A DNA stretch of 63,997 bases, the filler included, from Catajapyx aquilonaris (Eukaryota): assembly GCA_000934665.2 (NCBI GenBank). It is 4 parts of 4 records of this genome, joined end to end, with 100 filler letters (N's around TTAATTAATTAA, not from the genome) between each part and the next. Parts side by side here need not be neighbours in the genome. Positions count along the whole stretch, not along the records: positions 16,087 to 32,056 come from JYFJ02007332.1; positions 32,157 to 48,371 come from JYFJ02007333.1; 2 more parts are not named here. The stretch is one strand, 5' to 3'. A program made the translations under genes and the position numbers. The number at the start of each line of letters is the position of its first letter. Position 1 is the stretch's first letter. Of this stretch, positions 26,241-38,421 are shown piece by piece. The notes under the pieces are model-generated. The model did no database searches. It was not told the origin of the DNA and saw only the letters and a list, made by a program, of their open reading frames with translations.

Positions 26241-26386
26241 CTTTATTGGAAATTGCATTCGACAAAGGTTTACGTTTTTTTACCAACTTGGAGTAGTTCT
26301 CTGAATGTGATGACAGTCCTACCTCGAAAATGGCATTTTTGGTCTTGGGTCACTTTTGTTCTAAGCGCCTCAATATATTGTTGCAG

Positions 26387-26578
26387 AGAAAAAGTACAAC
26401 ATGAATGACAAGAGCTGCATCGACTTTGTCAGACTGGGCCAATGCTTCATGACTAAAATTAAGGGGGTAGGGCATTTTTATTCCCCATATCTTTGTGATA
26501 ATATTATTGTGTAGTAATAATCCGGTTTATGATCCACAGACATGCCCCAATATTTATGAAGCAATCTCAATTGCATAA
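26387..26578 (+). pseudogene. Orphan 3' exons of OBP-like paralog type B (copy 3)
   Basis: Exons 26387-26466 and 26540-26578 (TCPNIYEAISIA*). Confidence 0.65.
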
Positions 26579-27638
26579 GAGAATTCCGGCCACAAAAGTT
26601 GTCGTGGAAAAGGAACACGTTGGGAACCTCCTTCGTCATATTTGTGGTTTTCTGAAATAAAGTAGCCATTTGCAAGAGCAGTAATTCACTTTTTTTAAAA
26701 AAAACTTCAACTTGTTCTTGAATTTCAGCACATGGACATGCACATTTTCTCAAATTGGACACCTTCGACACTTCTTCTTGCAGACAAATACAAGCTCAAT
26801 ATGCTCAAACCATGTGTTCAATAATTCATAATAAAATAAGATCGAAAATATTTATAATACCACAACTTTTTATCTGGTTGTACAGTGTGTACATGGATGG
26901 CTGGAAAAAATGAAGAGAAATCAAAAGCGAGTAAGCGACGTAAAAAGCGTAAGCAGTGTGTATACTACAGTATGTTGTATCTTGCTTATTGTATACAGTA
27001 CATGTGCAGAGTGTTCCTACTTAGATAGCTGTTAACAGTAATATTGAGGCGTTGACTTGGGAAAAGGGCGTAAGTCACAATGAGAAAATTAATGTGACCT
27101 CAAAAAGTAACCTACATTTAAATGTTAAACTCATAAACTGCTTCTACTTTTACTTTTCACGACGTTGTGTAACAAATCCAACAATAAGAAATTTTTTATG
27201 TAATGAAATCTGCTTCAAGGTGTCCTCAAAACGGGTTTAGCCCCTGTAAAAAAATCTTATTTGTGACTTACCCATGTCAACGCCTCAATTATTAGCGTTA
27301 CCTGTTTGTTTGTAAAGAGTTACAATCATATAGTTTTTTCTCACATGTCTGGGAGGATCTCCTGCAATATTTAGAATCTATGACGTCTATTGCAACCTAA
27401 CATTCATAACTTCATTCGTGACCATTTCGTATTCAGGAATTCGGAAAAATGTGTGATAAAGTAAGGCTGGCTTGTCGCATGGCCTTCTTTGAATATATAT
27501 AATATAAAATTTATTTGAAATGTGAGCATGCGATGTATTCAACACCCTTTTTAGTATCAAGAGCTAATAACTAGCTCGTGTTAGTATTTATTGGCCCTGG
27601 AACGTCCTGCGTTACATTCACTTTGGGACAACGTCTTC

Positions 27639-29165
27639 ATGGCTTCAGCAACAGGGATGTTTAACTTATTCGCCATCAAGGGTTTTTTCCTACTTCTAGC
27701 GGTGAGATAATTATTTGACTCCTAGTTAAAAGCATTTTACAGTGCAATTATCATTATTTAATTTGACTGATATGTTTGAGAAGGGATCCGCTTTGGGCCA
27801 AGACTGTGAGCTGCCTCCAAAGGATAACTTCGTTATGAGCACTTTATTGGAATGCGTGAAAACCAAGGATAAACTTGTGAGTATAAATTATGAGCCTAAA
27901 TATTGCTACAGTTTTTACAATACTTGTATTATCATCATCAAATGCGTCAGCGGCAGTGGCTTTAGAATGTGCCCAACGTTGCACTTATTAATGTTGCGAT
28001 TATAAAAAATTAACGCAATACACTCTCCAAAAAAATACTGTGTTATAAATGTGTATACAGTACACTAACATAAAGAACTGTATATTTTAGATATGATTTC
28101 AGATGATAATCATCTCTCAGTCCATTATTTAAATCGCAAAGGAAATTGAACGGCTTAATAATACGTATTATTACTATGTATTAAAATAATTCCTTATAAT
28201 TATACTCTTCGTCTTCTACAGTGCATCCTGAAGTGTGTGACAGTAAGAACAGACGTAGTAAGTGTTTTATTTGACGTTATCCAATTTTGTGACTGAATCA
28301 GCCGTTACATCAAAATGTCCGATTTCGTCACGCAGATTTCTCCTGAAGGCAAAGTGGACAAAGCAAGATTGAGTGAATTAATTGGAGATTTGCCAGAAGG
28401 GGCATTTAAGGAAGCTATGATGGAGACTGACAAGAAATGCTTCAAAGAAAGTGAGTGACAGCAACTAATAGGCAGTGTGTATCTTTATTAATGTACAACA
28501 CCGAAGCAGTTTGGTGGAGTGGATATTATGTGTTCGACTTCTAATCAGGAGGTCCTGGGTTCGAGTCCCGGAGCCGGCAATCCTAACTGTGGCTTTCTGT
28601 GGTTTTCCACGCCCCCCNCCCCCCCCCCCGGGAGAATTCCGGGATTGCTTCCTAAATAATAGGCCACAGCCGCTCCCCATCCTATGATTCCTATCCCAAA
28701 AAGCGAAGTAAAAATGAAAGCAAAGAGTTCCAGTCAAAACAAAATTGGGATGAACTCCCCCCCCCCACTAAAGGGCCGCCGGCTGATAACGGGGTATAAA
28801 TTAATATTAATGTACAACGCATTTATTATGTACCCTACTTTATTAATAACCTTTAAATATCCTTTAAAGGCAAACGCTACGACATGAAGGACCAGGGTTG
28901 CATCGGATTTACTCAAACTGGGATGTGCTTTGTCAAAGTTATGCAAAAGGTATATGGCTCGACAGCATTTCCGTTTCTGTTACGTCTTTACCGTAACCAT
29001 TTTCTTGCGGGTTAAACTTCCATTACTAAATGTTATTTTTTGTTACATACAGTATGTCTGATTTTATCGCAATATTTTTTTTAAACTAGGCAATCGATAA
29101 TAATCGTACTCTCTTTTGAACAGAGGTGCCCCAACGTGGCAGACCTCGCAAAGAATAATTTTTAA
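27639..29165 (+). CDS. OBP-like secreted protein, copy A3, 142 aa
   Basis: Exons 27639-27701, 27784-27876, 28222-28257, 28336-28450, 28870-28949, 29124-29165; open frame (RCPNVADLAKNNF*); SINE in intron 4. Confidence 0.8.
28500..28804 (+). mobile_element. tRNA-derived SINE, family 1
   Basis: A/B boxes; 14-bp TSD TATTAATGTACAAC (28486-28499, 28805-28818); empty site in A1 near 20480. Confidence 0.9.
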
Positions 29166-30165
29166 TGGAAGTTGCAGCCATAGGAGAAGAGGAGGTCTGC
29201 CAATTGCCCCATAAGTTTATGATTTTGTAGAAATAATGTATAGTACAAGTAATAATGTGATTTATATGCCACAGACATGGATATTCTACAGTTTCAAATA
29301 AATGCACGAGAGATGTTCTGATTGCATCCACAAGGTTATTGGGTAAAATAAGCATGTTGGGTATACATTGTAGGTAAAATAAAATATTTGTAATCTTCCG
29401 AAATAAAGGGGGGAGTGGGACGTGAATGAAATATAAATATTATGACAGACACTGTGTCGAATTTATTGCAACTTTTTCTGCATTTAAATGCATAGGTACA
29501 GTACTGGGAAATTGTCAAGTGAGGAACGCCAATCAAAATTCTACTGCTGCCAATTTTGCTACATGAAAAATATGAGATGGCCTCATATTCAGAAATGTCC
29601 ATTAGAGTGTTGTCTAAAAGTATGGCAAAATTGATGTTTCTATCATAATTATATAGGCACAATATTGCTTCACCTGTATCAGCCCTACCAAATGTGACAA
29701 TGCCCAGCAGAATGGGCATTGAATGATCTTTAACCAAGAGCTAATGCTTCAACTGAGAAAAGTGTATACGCAGTGTTTAGTGTGTATACTCTATACTCTA
29801 TACTGTACGAGTGCAGGATGTACTCGTTAGTAATTATTTGGCACTGACAGTTTATTTTCTAATTTGATTTTTTTACCTGCATAATTTAGATGCTATAGTT
29901 TAAGATGTCAAACGTAGCCTGCTTTGCGCGTTGTCCGATCACATCACAATATCTTGTTATGTCCGCCTTCATTCGTGACCATTTCGTATTTAGGAAGCCG
30001 GAAAAGGTGTCATGAAGCAAGGTTGGCTTGTCGCATGGCCTTCATTGAAGCAGATAAAAATTTATTTGAAATGTGAATGTGCCACTCAACCGCATTCAAC
30101 ACCATTTCTGGTATTTATTCCTGCGAGAGACGCCCTGCGTTACATTCAATTCGGGACAACTTTAT

Positions 30166-31493
30166 ATGGCTTCGGCAGTGAGGATGGTTAGCTCGTTATT
30201 AGCCATCAAGGGTCTTTTCCTGCTTCTAGCGGTGAGATAATTTTTTGACTCGTAACCTAGTTAAAAGCATTTTACAGTGCGACTATCATTACTTAATTTG
30301 ACTAATATGTTTACGAAGGGATGCGCTTTGGGCCAAGACTGTGAGCTGCCTACAAAGGATAACTTGGTGCTAAGCGCTTTAATGGAATGCACCAAAACTG
30401 AACACAAACTTGTGAGTATAAATTATGAGCCTAAACATTGCTACACAGGGTTTACAATTATCATCATCAAAAGTGTCAGAGTGGATTTAGAATGTGCCCA
30501 ATATCAAATGAATAAAGTCGGTCTATTAAAAGATGATCCCCTAAGAGGCCCAAGGGGCCTATCACGGGGTATCCATTATTATATATTAAAGAATGTGCCC
30601 AATATTGTACTTATTAATTCGTCAATAACGAATGTAGTTCACAAATACAAATTATGTCTTCATATATTTGCGAATATAAAAAAATGACCGCGACACATGA
30701 TCCAAATTATATTATAAATGTGTACACTAACATAAATAACTGTATAATTTATATATGATTTCAGATGATAATCATCTTTCAGGTCCAATATTTAAATCGC
30801 AAAGAAAATTGAATGGCTTAATAATTTATTACTACGTATTAAAATAATTCCTTATATAATGTATACATACTCTCTTCGTCTTCTAGTGCATCCTGAAGTG
30901 TGCGGGAGTAAGAACAGGCACAGTAAGTGTTTTATTTGACGAGATCAAATTTTGTGACTGAAGCAGCTGTTACTTCAAAATGTCCGATTGATTCACGCAG
31001 GTTTCTCCTGAAGGCAAAGATGACAAAGGAAGATTGAGTGAATTAATTGGGGATTTGCCAGAAGGGAGATTGAAGGATGCTTTCACTGAGATTGGCAAGA
31101 AATGCTACAAAGAAAGTGAGTGACAGCAACTAATATCTGACTAATATACATTGTGTATCTTTATTAATGTACGCATTTATTACGTACTTTATTAATAACA
31201 TATTTCCTTAAAGGCAAACGCTACGACATGAAGGACAAGGATTGCATCGGATTTGCTCAAACTGGGATGTGCTATATAAAAGTTTTTCAAAAGGTATGCT
31301 TCGACATCATTTCCGTCTGTGTTACAACATTACCGTAACCATTAATTTTCTTGAGAGTTAAACTACTTACACAATATATTTCTGGTTATATATGCTTGAT
31401 TTTATTGCATATTTTAGAAACTAGATGATAATCATACTCTCTTTTGAACAGAGGTGCCCCAACATAGCAGAAATCGTGAAGAAAAATTTTTAA
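30166..31493 (+). CDS. OBP-like secreted protein, copy A4, 143 aa
   Basis: Exons 30166-30231, 30319-30411, 30887-30922, 31001-31115, 31214-31293, 31452-31493; open frame (RCPNIAEIVKKNF*). Confidence 0.8.
30505..30589 (+). mobile_element. 5'-truncated retroposon (LINE/SINE 3' tail)
   Basis: 16-bp TSD AGAATGTGCCCAATAT (30489-30504, 30590-30605); tail CCTATCACGGGGTAT; absent from the paralogous introns. Confidence 0.8.
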
Positions 31494-31964
31494 TGGAAGG
31501 TGCAGCCACATTGGAGAAGAGGGGGTATGCCAATTTCTCCATAAGTGTATAGGATTCCATAGTAATAATGTATAGTACAAGTAATATTGTGCTTTGTATC
31601 CCGCACCCATGCATATTCTACAGTAAGTTTCAAATAATGCACGAGAGATATTCTGATGGCGTCCACAAGGTTATTGGGAAAAATAAACATGTTGGGTATA
31701 CATTGCGTTAAAATAAAATGTTTGTAATCAGTTCCGAAATAAAGTGGTGATTTGCAAGCATTCACTGTTTTCTTTTAAAATATTTGCCGGATTATTGAAC
31801 TTCAGCATACGTTGACATGCAATAGAAAATGTTGAATTTAAGAATGGGTTATTATCTTCACTTGGACATCTTGGACACTGTAACGTCTTGTAGATAAATA
31901 AAAGCAGCTCAGTTTGCTCAAAGCTAAGTTTCATTTCAGAAAAAATGAGGTCAAAATCTATTAA

Positions 31965-32056
31965 CCCCTTCGGCCCCAGATCGACCCGAACCACACAGTT
32001 TTTGGCTTACGCGTACTCCGAAGATACGGACAAGATATTTTGCAAATAATAACAGC
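31965..32056. mobile_element. Left end of piggyBac-type foldback MITE (full copy 52601-53389)
   Basis: TTAA|CCCCTT start; near-identical to 52601-52692; truncated by the gap. Confidence 0.8.
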
Positions 32057-32156
32057 NNNNNNNNNNNNNNNNNNNNNNNNNNNNNNNNNNNNNNNNNNNN
32101 TTAATTAATTAANNNNNNNNNNNNNNNNNNNNNNNNNNNNNNNNNNNNNNNNNNNN
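32057..32156. other. Assembly gap with TTAATTAATTAA linker
   Basis: 44 N + linker + 44 N. Confidence 0.99.
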
Positions 32157-32440
32157 AGACGTTCTTGTGTCAATAGGACCATGGACGTGGCTGAGGCTAG
32201 GGTTGTTTGTTTGGATAGGTGTAAATGGCGTAGGTTAATTAATGGGTAAATAGGTGAATAGGTCTGAGGATAAGGCTTCCTTCGCCCCGGCGAGTAAAGG
32301 GGACGTCCCTGGCGGGGTCGATGAGGTGCAAGGGTGGTGCCATACACGTCGGCGTGGCCAGGGCAGCCGGAGTAGTGGCTGGTGGCGAGGGGGCTTGATT
32401 TGGCGAAGTACCGCATTGGATAGTGTAATATTAGGATAAG

Positions 32441-33205
32441 CTATTGTTTATCCGCACGTTAACAACAAGGCCTCCCGACGGTTGGCAACGTTGGGTCGCA
32501 AACAATCGGGTGCCTATTGATACTGCTGCATGGTTACATGGAACTGTGCTTTATTTTTCTTTTCGGGCTTTCGGGGATTCAATTCGGGATTTTGAGGTGA
32601 TTAAGTGGATGGAATAGCCTTTGTCTTGGTATTGCTGTATGGCTTTTTGTTACCGCAACAGTACTGCACATTGTTGTGGCCCTGCCAGGCACGGTACGTC
32701 GCCCGTGCGTGATATTTTTAGTTTTTGCGGAGCTATAGCGGAGCTGGGCGCTTATTGTGGGTTTCTGTATCCGCAACATTTACTGTCCGTCTTGTGGCTC
32801 CGCAGGCCAACGAACGTTATTGTGGCTTTGCCAAGCGCGAAGTACACCTTCACACATTCCGTTAAACCAACGAACTACATGACTCCCGCCACCACCCGGC
32901 TCTCCCCTCCAATCATGCCCACGACTCACTCTGCAGGTATACTACTGCACACGCTCAGAAAACCGAGCAGAAAACACGGCTGGTGTGACATCATATCGTT
33001 CTTTGGGTTAACTGACTGCAGCAACCATCATGGCTTTCATATTTCCCACCTCCTTCATTAATACTGTGGTCCTAGCACTCGTCTGAACGGTTCGCGTGGC
33101 AGGGGTAAGAAGACACCCTTTGTTGTGCTCTCCCGGCAACCGGTTGTTTGCGACGCGTAGCCAACATGTTTGAAGCACCGCGTCGCTATGTGCGGATAAA
33201 CGATA
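32441..33205. mobile_element. Possible MITE with 17-bp TIR
   Basis: CTATTGTTTATCCGCAC (32441) versus GTGCGGATAAACGATAG (33189). Confidence 0.4.
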
Positions 33206-33369
33206 GACTTTCCGGGACGGGTTGTTTATAGTTTTATTTTCACGAGTTTTAATTTAGTTCATATGTTGGGTTAACTTGCATCTCCCTTCATCGCTGACTA
33301 CCCCTCATAGGGAAATGTCGTGTTGTTGTTGTTGTTGTTGTTGTTGTTCATTATTTAGCGGGTAGACTA

Positions 33370-33964
33370 CAGGGTGATCAAACTTTTTTTGTCGTTTTAG
33401 TTATTGACAAATTCGGCCTAAGCTGCTTATATTGTAGCCCGTTACCTGGCAACCCCGTCCGGCGGGCCAATTCAAACATCAGCGCATGGAGAGTGCTTCC
33501 ATTGTTGCCACTGTTTACAAATCGAGTGAGTGACGCGGACGACGCAGCGAAGGTTTCTGCCTGCTTACACATCAGTAGCAAGGGATACGCAGGGAAAATA
33601 ATGATGTTACTGAGAAAAAGTCATTTTGGGGAAATGTTCCTTGCTGGACTCAAAGAAAGGTTTTCGTCCACAACACACCTGCACACGAAATATATTCCAT
33701 CGCTGAGGAGGGAGTGTCAATTAAGATCAGGGGTGTGCTAATTGAAAGTACGTCAACTGACGGATTCTTTCGGTTTTTGTGTCTTCACTGGGTCGTCCGC
33801 GTCACTCACTCGATTTGTAAACAGTGGCAACAATGGAAGCACTCTCCATATGCTGATGTTTGAATTGGCCCGCCGGACGGGGTTGCCAGGGAACGGGCTA
33901 CAATATAAGCAGCTTAGGCCGAATTTGTCAATAACTAAAACGACAAAAAAGTTTGATCACCCTG
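33370..33964. mobile_element. Tc1/mariner-type MITE with about 175-bp TIRs
   Basis: TA|CAGGGTGATCAAAC ... GTTTGATCACCCTG|TA; near-perfect arms. Confidence 0.9.
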
Positions 33965-34955
33965 TATATTGATTAAAAATTGCCTCATCGTTTGGTATAC
34001 AACGGGAATCAATCGTCCTGTGCAGGGTGACACCCTTCTGCCCTTCACAGGTATTACTTTGGCTTGTTGTTTGCAATGAGCCTACTACACAATGACCAGT
34101 GTGATTTAAGGCATATCGAGTGTATAATATGGAATGCGAATTTTATCTTATACATATTTCACAACTTATTCCTGTATCCTGTATGTTCCCTATACAAATC
34201 AATACCAAGGCTTCGACCTGTGCCCCAGGGGGATCATTATGCTGGGTAGTTTTTAACTGGGAAGATTTTAGCACATTGGACGTGACCTCCGAGGTCATCC
34301 TTGGCCTCAGAGAGCGAAAAATTGGGGGTCGGCAGAAAAGCAGAAACCCTGAATAGAATGCATCGATACGACGCATTCAAAATACATATCGATACGTGAC
34401 GTCACACTCTCCGTATCGCTACTTTGCTCCTTTTTTGCTGCATTTTGAAGGTGTACTCAGTACTGTGCATTTTCTTACAATCTGGCATACGCAGTGTGTT
34501 GTTTGGACTTCATGCACATGCAATATGTTCCACGTTACAGGTTTGCCAACACTGTATAACAATAATTTTAAAGGTAACAACAAAATCATTGAGTTACTCC
34601 AATGCAATGGAAAAGTATATTATAACCCGAGCCAGGTATCCTGCTAGTACGTATAAACTATAGCCTATGGCAAGTTTCCGTCATTGTGGCCATAGGGACG
34701 CCTTTTGGTCTTAAATTAACGCAAAAGTTGAGCAAAGCTGTTTCCATAAATCCTGTCACAATAGGCTTAATTTGACAGGAAAAATAAGGATATTGGCAGT
34801 ACTTAAAATAGGCTACTGTACTTTAGGCTGCTTGAGAGCATGACTCTCAAGGAGCACTCTGGCTGCCAGGCGACATAGGTTACTAATTTGGATTAGGAAC
34901 AACCTTTATCGTTGCCTTACTTTTCAAGGTGGCAGGTGACATGGGGTCACGAAAT

Positions 34956-35100
34956 CAAGGGGTTAACCACTCGACTGCAAAGTGTATCTTGGAGTTGCAA
35001 ATTCACGGAGTACCAAAGAGTACCAAAGAGTAAAATACCTGGAGTACCAGGGAGTACCACTGCAAGAGTACACCGGAGTACCGAAGTGGTTAACCCCTTG
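34956..35100. mobile_element. Small TTAA-associated MITE
   Basis: 16-bp perfect inverted ends CAAGGGGTTAACCACT; internal GAGTACC repeats. Confidence 0.55.
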
Positions 35101-35143
35101 CACTAAATAATAAGTTAGTGAAAAATAATTCAAAGCATCTTAC

Positions 35144-35632
35144 GTGCAATCCTTGTCCAAGTCATCCCCAGTTAAGGGGATGTGCCAGCCAAAATTTTTG
35201 TCTATGTCCGTGAGAATATTTATTGTGACTTGCAGTACATCATCGCACGTGTTATCGTCTGACTTCACTGTAGACGATACCCCTGAAACGATAGTGCTAC
35301 CTTCAATTGGTATTTCCGTAATGACAACTTCAAAAGAACAACATGACCTGCACAATTAGCAGCTTTTGCAAAATAATATCTTGAAAAAGGGATTGTCTTT
35401 AATTTTCACCAGACATGTGAAGCCAGTTGCATGTTAACCGATAAAGAATGCACAGTGTTTTCTGTTAATATTAATTTCACAGATAAAAATCCACCATTGC
35501 ATAATGGGGCTCATTAGCCTACTATTTTCTTATGCACCTTACAATCTAGACCGTGCCTCAATCACTGCCAATATTTTGAAACCTTTTACCTGCCAAGATG
35601 GCAAGAAGAATGTAGACTTTGGCACATGTCAT
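35144..35632 (-). CDS. First two exons of a secreted Cys-rich protein (DUF19/CPG4-like by motif; partial)
   Basis: Exon 35632-35590 MTCAKVYILLAILA (signal-peptide-like, GTAAAA donor) joins in phase 1 to exon 35282-35144 GVSSTVKSDDNTCDDVLQVTINILTDIDKNFGWHIPLTGDDLDKDC (GTAAGA donor). Downstream exons were not located. Confidence 0.5.
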
Positions 35633-36179
35633 CTTCAACACCAGTGGGAATGTTGACTGATTCGATGCTCACGCAAGAGAACGGTCCTCTCCTGGTTATC
35701 GAAGCTTGTTTGTCAAAATTGATGTTGAGCTTTAATATCTAATCTACCTGGGTTGATTATGTCGTTGATGATTTGTCTGGTGCCTTGCAAAATACTTCGC
35801 ACCAAGGTGAGTCAGTGTCATTCAAAGTTATAGAGAATGAATTGATAATAAAATTAAATTTTGATACCAGAGGTGTATAATAATTTATTATACGCCATTA
35901 TATGAGTCGGATAGTCCTGTGGAATTTTGCCATAAAAATTATACTGCCCATCCAAATATTAGGCACAAAAGCTCCAAAGAGCGATCTGGTTAAGAAGTGT
36001 TCACAGTCAATTTCCACTAAAACATAATTAATTAGCTTAAATAGCTTAATTAAACATTCAATAAAATGAAAATTAATTAATCTTTTTTGTTATTGTCCGT
36101 TAATTTGCCGCAAACGAATGGCCCTGCGCCCTGCAGGTCATGATTGATATATTAATTTGTACGAATATATTGGGCATAT

Positions 36180-36551
36180 AATAATAATATAATAACAATA
36201 ATAATTGGGTTGTGCATTCACCTTGGTTGTATACTTGGTTGTATTGGTGATTCGCACGGACCTTTATGGATCATTTAGGATGGTACATGGTGCCTTTTTG
36301 CGAATCGCCTGGGCCCCACTGGCAGGATGACAGGATGGGATGTGCTATGTGCAAGTGCAATGACTGGCGTGGTACATTTTGTGAACTCCTCCGGGTGGCT
36401 TAGTCTGTCGGAAATGCCACCCGAGACGAAGCCAGAGACGACCGCTTAACTCTGCACGAGATGAAGGGGGTGTCCCCGAACTGGGATCGAACCCGGGACA
36501 TTATCTTCCGTGGGCGCGTACGTTACCGCAGCACCACTCCGCCTCCCCTTC
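36180..36551 (-). mobile_element. tRNA-derived SINE, family 3
   Basis: Head GGGGAGGCGGAGTGGTGCTGCGGTAACG..GGTTCGATCCC; (TTA)-like tail; 15-bp TSD ATATATTGGGCATAT (36165, 36552). Other copies at 47591 and a fragment at 42684-42725. Confidence 0.85.
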
Positions 36552-36581
36552 ATATATTGGGCATATTGATATTATAGGCTA

Positions 36582-37160
36582 CAGGTGACTCCGGTTATAA
36601 CAGCCTCGGCCATAACAGACTGAAAGCCCGCGCCCGGCAAACTTCCATAAGGCCCTGTGTACTTTTACGCCTGATATAACAGACTCATTTCACCTCACCT
36701 CGACTATAACAGACAATTTTTGGCCCCTCAGCGGAAAAATAATGTGCTGTTTTTGATTATAACTTCCTTTCCCATGTGCAAGAATAAGGCAGAGGATACT
36801 CGATCGGGCTGACTTTCGCATCTGTCACTTATCTAAGCTACTCAAAATCATACTTTTTATGGTATTTTTGGCAACAAGGGGACGGCAGAAGTTTTTTTTT
36901 TTTTGGGGGGGGGGGGGGGTATCCTGAATAATTTACAGGCGACTTAATTTTGCGCTTTTGTGGATAGTTTCATTAATGTACGCAGTAGTGGGCATTACAT
37001 ACGTATACGTAAGCATTCACCTCCAGACCGGTTTAATCATGTTTTAATTTTGAACCTCCCCAGACATGCCACAAACTTGTTTTTCTTCTTTTGTGCCTTG
37101 GTAAAAAATTTACGGTTTTGTGATGTAACCCTCTGAGACCCCCCCCCCCCCTACTTTTAA

Positions 37161-37213
<53 letters not shown>

Positions 37214-37340
37214 TAAGCATGAAGGAAGCAGAAAACTTTGTATATTTTTTTGCAATGAGCTACGCTATAACAGACCTCGGTTATAAAATAACATACTTTT
37301 TCCGCAGTCCCTTCAAGTCTGTTATATCCGTAGTCAACTG
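36582..37340. mobile_element. pogo/Tigger-like MITE containing an (ACTT)n tract
   Basis: CAGGTGACTCCGGTTATAAC ... GTTATATCCGTAGTCAACTG; short copy at 54185-54335. Confidence 0.7.
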
Positions 37341-37898
37341 TCGTATAACCACTGCTCAGACTATGGTGCATATGCCAGTAAGGCTTTCGCCAGCCTTTAC
37401 TAGACATCATCATATGATCTGCTTACCAATATTGTGATTTAAATATTTTGGCCAAATTTTGGAGGGTCACAACGATTAATACATATTTTTTACGACATTA
37501 AATGCCAAAGTACCTTTCGACATCATGATGGCGCCTTACACTTCTGGTATCAGGCTTTCCATTTTGTTATCTATGCACTATATGCTCCATATAGATACAG
37601 ATTATTTTTTGCTTACCCCTACATAATTGTTTGCTATCACGTGCCACTGTCTAATCCCTAATACAGTACTCAGTACGGCAGAGAGTACGGTACGGCAGTA
37701 GGACTTAATCTGTGATTCGGCTCGCGATTGCAGGCCTATAGTATCTAATAAGCCAATCACCAATAAATAAACGAATCCCTATAATTATATAAAGCTCAAT
37801 ATTTGTACATTTTTTGTATATTTTTGTATATGTCACGCCTAATTAAGCCACTTCGAGGCAATGAGTGCATTCTACATGCGACATTTTAGGACATTAAA

Positions 37899-38192
37899 AC
37901 CGAAGCAGTTTGGTGGAGTACGTGGAGTAGATAAGGTGTTCGACTGCTAATCGGGAGGTCCTGGGTTCGAGTCCCGGGACCGGAAATCCTAACTGTGGTT
38001 TTCTGTGGTTTCCCACGGTCCCCCCAGGAGAATTCCGGGATTGCTTCTTAAATAATAGGCCACAGCCGCTTCCTTCCATTCCTATCTTATCCCAAAAAGC
38101 AAAGTAAAATGAAAGCAAAGAGTTCCAGTCGAAACAAATTGGGATGAACTCCCTCCCCCCCTAAAGAGCCGCCGGCTGATAACGGGGTATGA

Positions 38193-38277
<85 letters not shown>
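37899..38277 (+). mobile_element. tRNA-derived SINE, family 1, with long (ATT)n tail
   Basis: A/B boxes; near-identical to the 28500 copy; 12-bp TSD TAGGACATTAAA (37887, 38278). Confidence 0.9.
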
Positions 38278-38279
<2 letters not shown>

Positions 38280-38421
38280 GGACATTAAATGCCATTTAAG
38301 CGCCATTTCTCAATGGAAGTAGTTCTAATTGTGGAAGTAGTCCTTATTTTATTTTGCATGGGACAGATTTATGTCCCGTCACTGCTGTGTAATCGCCTAG
38401 TAGAGGCTTACTTGTATATAT

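Noticed and set aside
16087..31960. Repeat array as CRISPR or satellite
   Set aside because: Units are kb-scale spliced gene duplications, not short repeats with spacers.
38082..38306. Poly-Asn ORF
   Set aside because: Antisense translation of the SINE (ATT)n tail.
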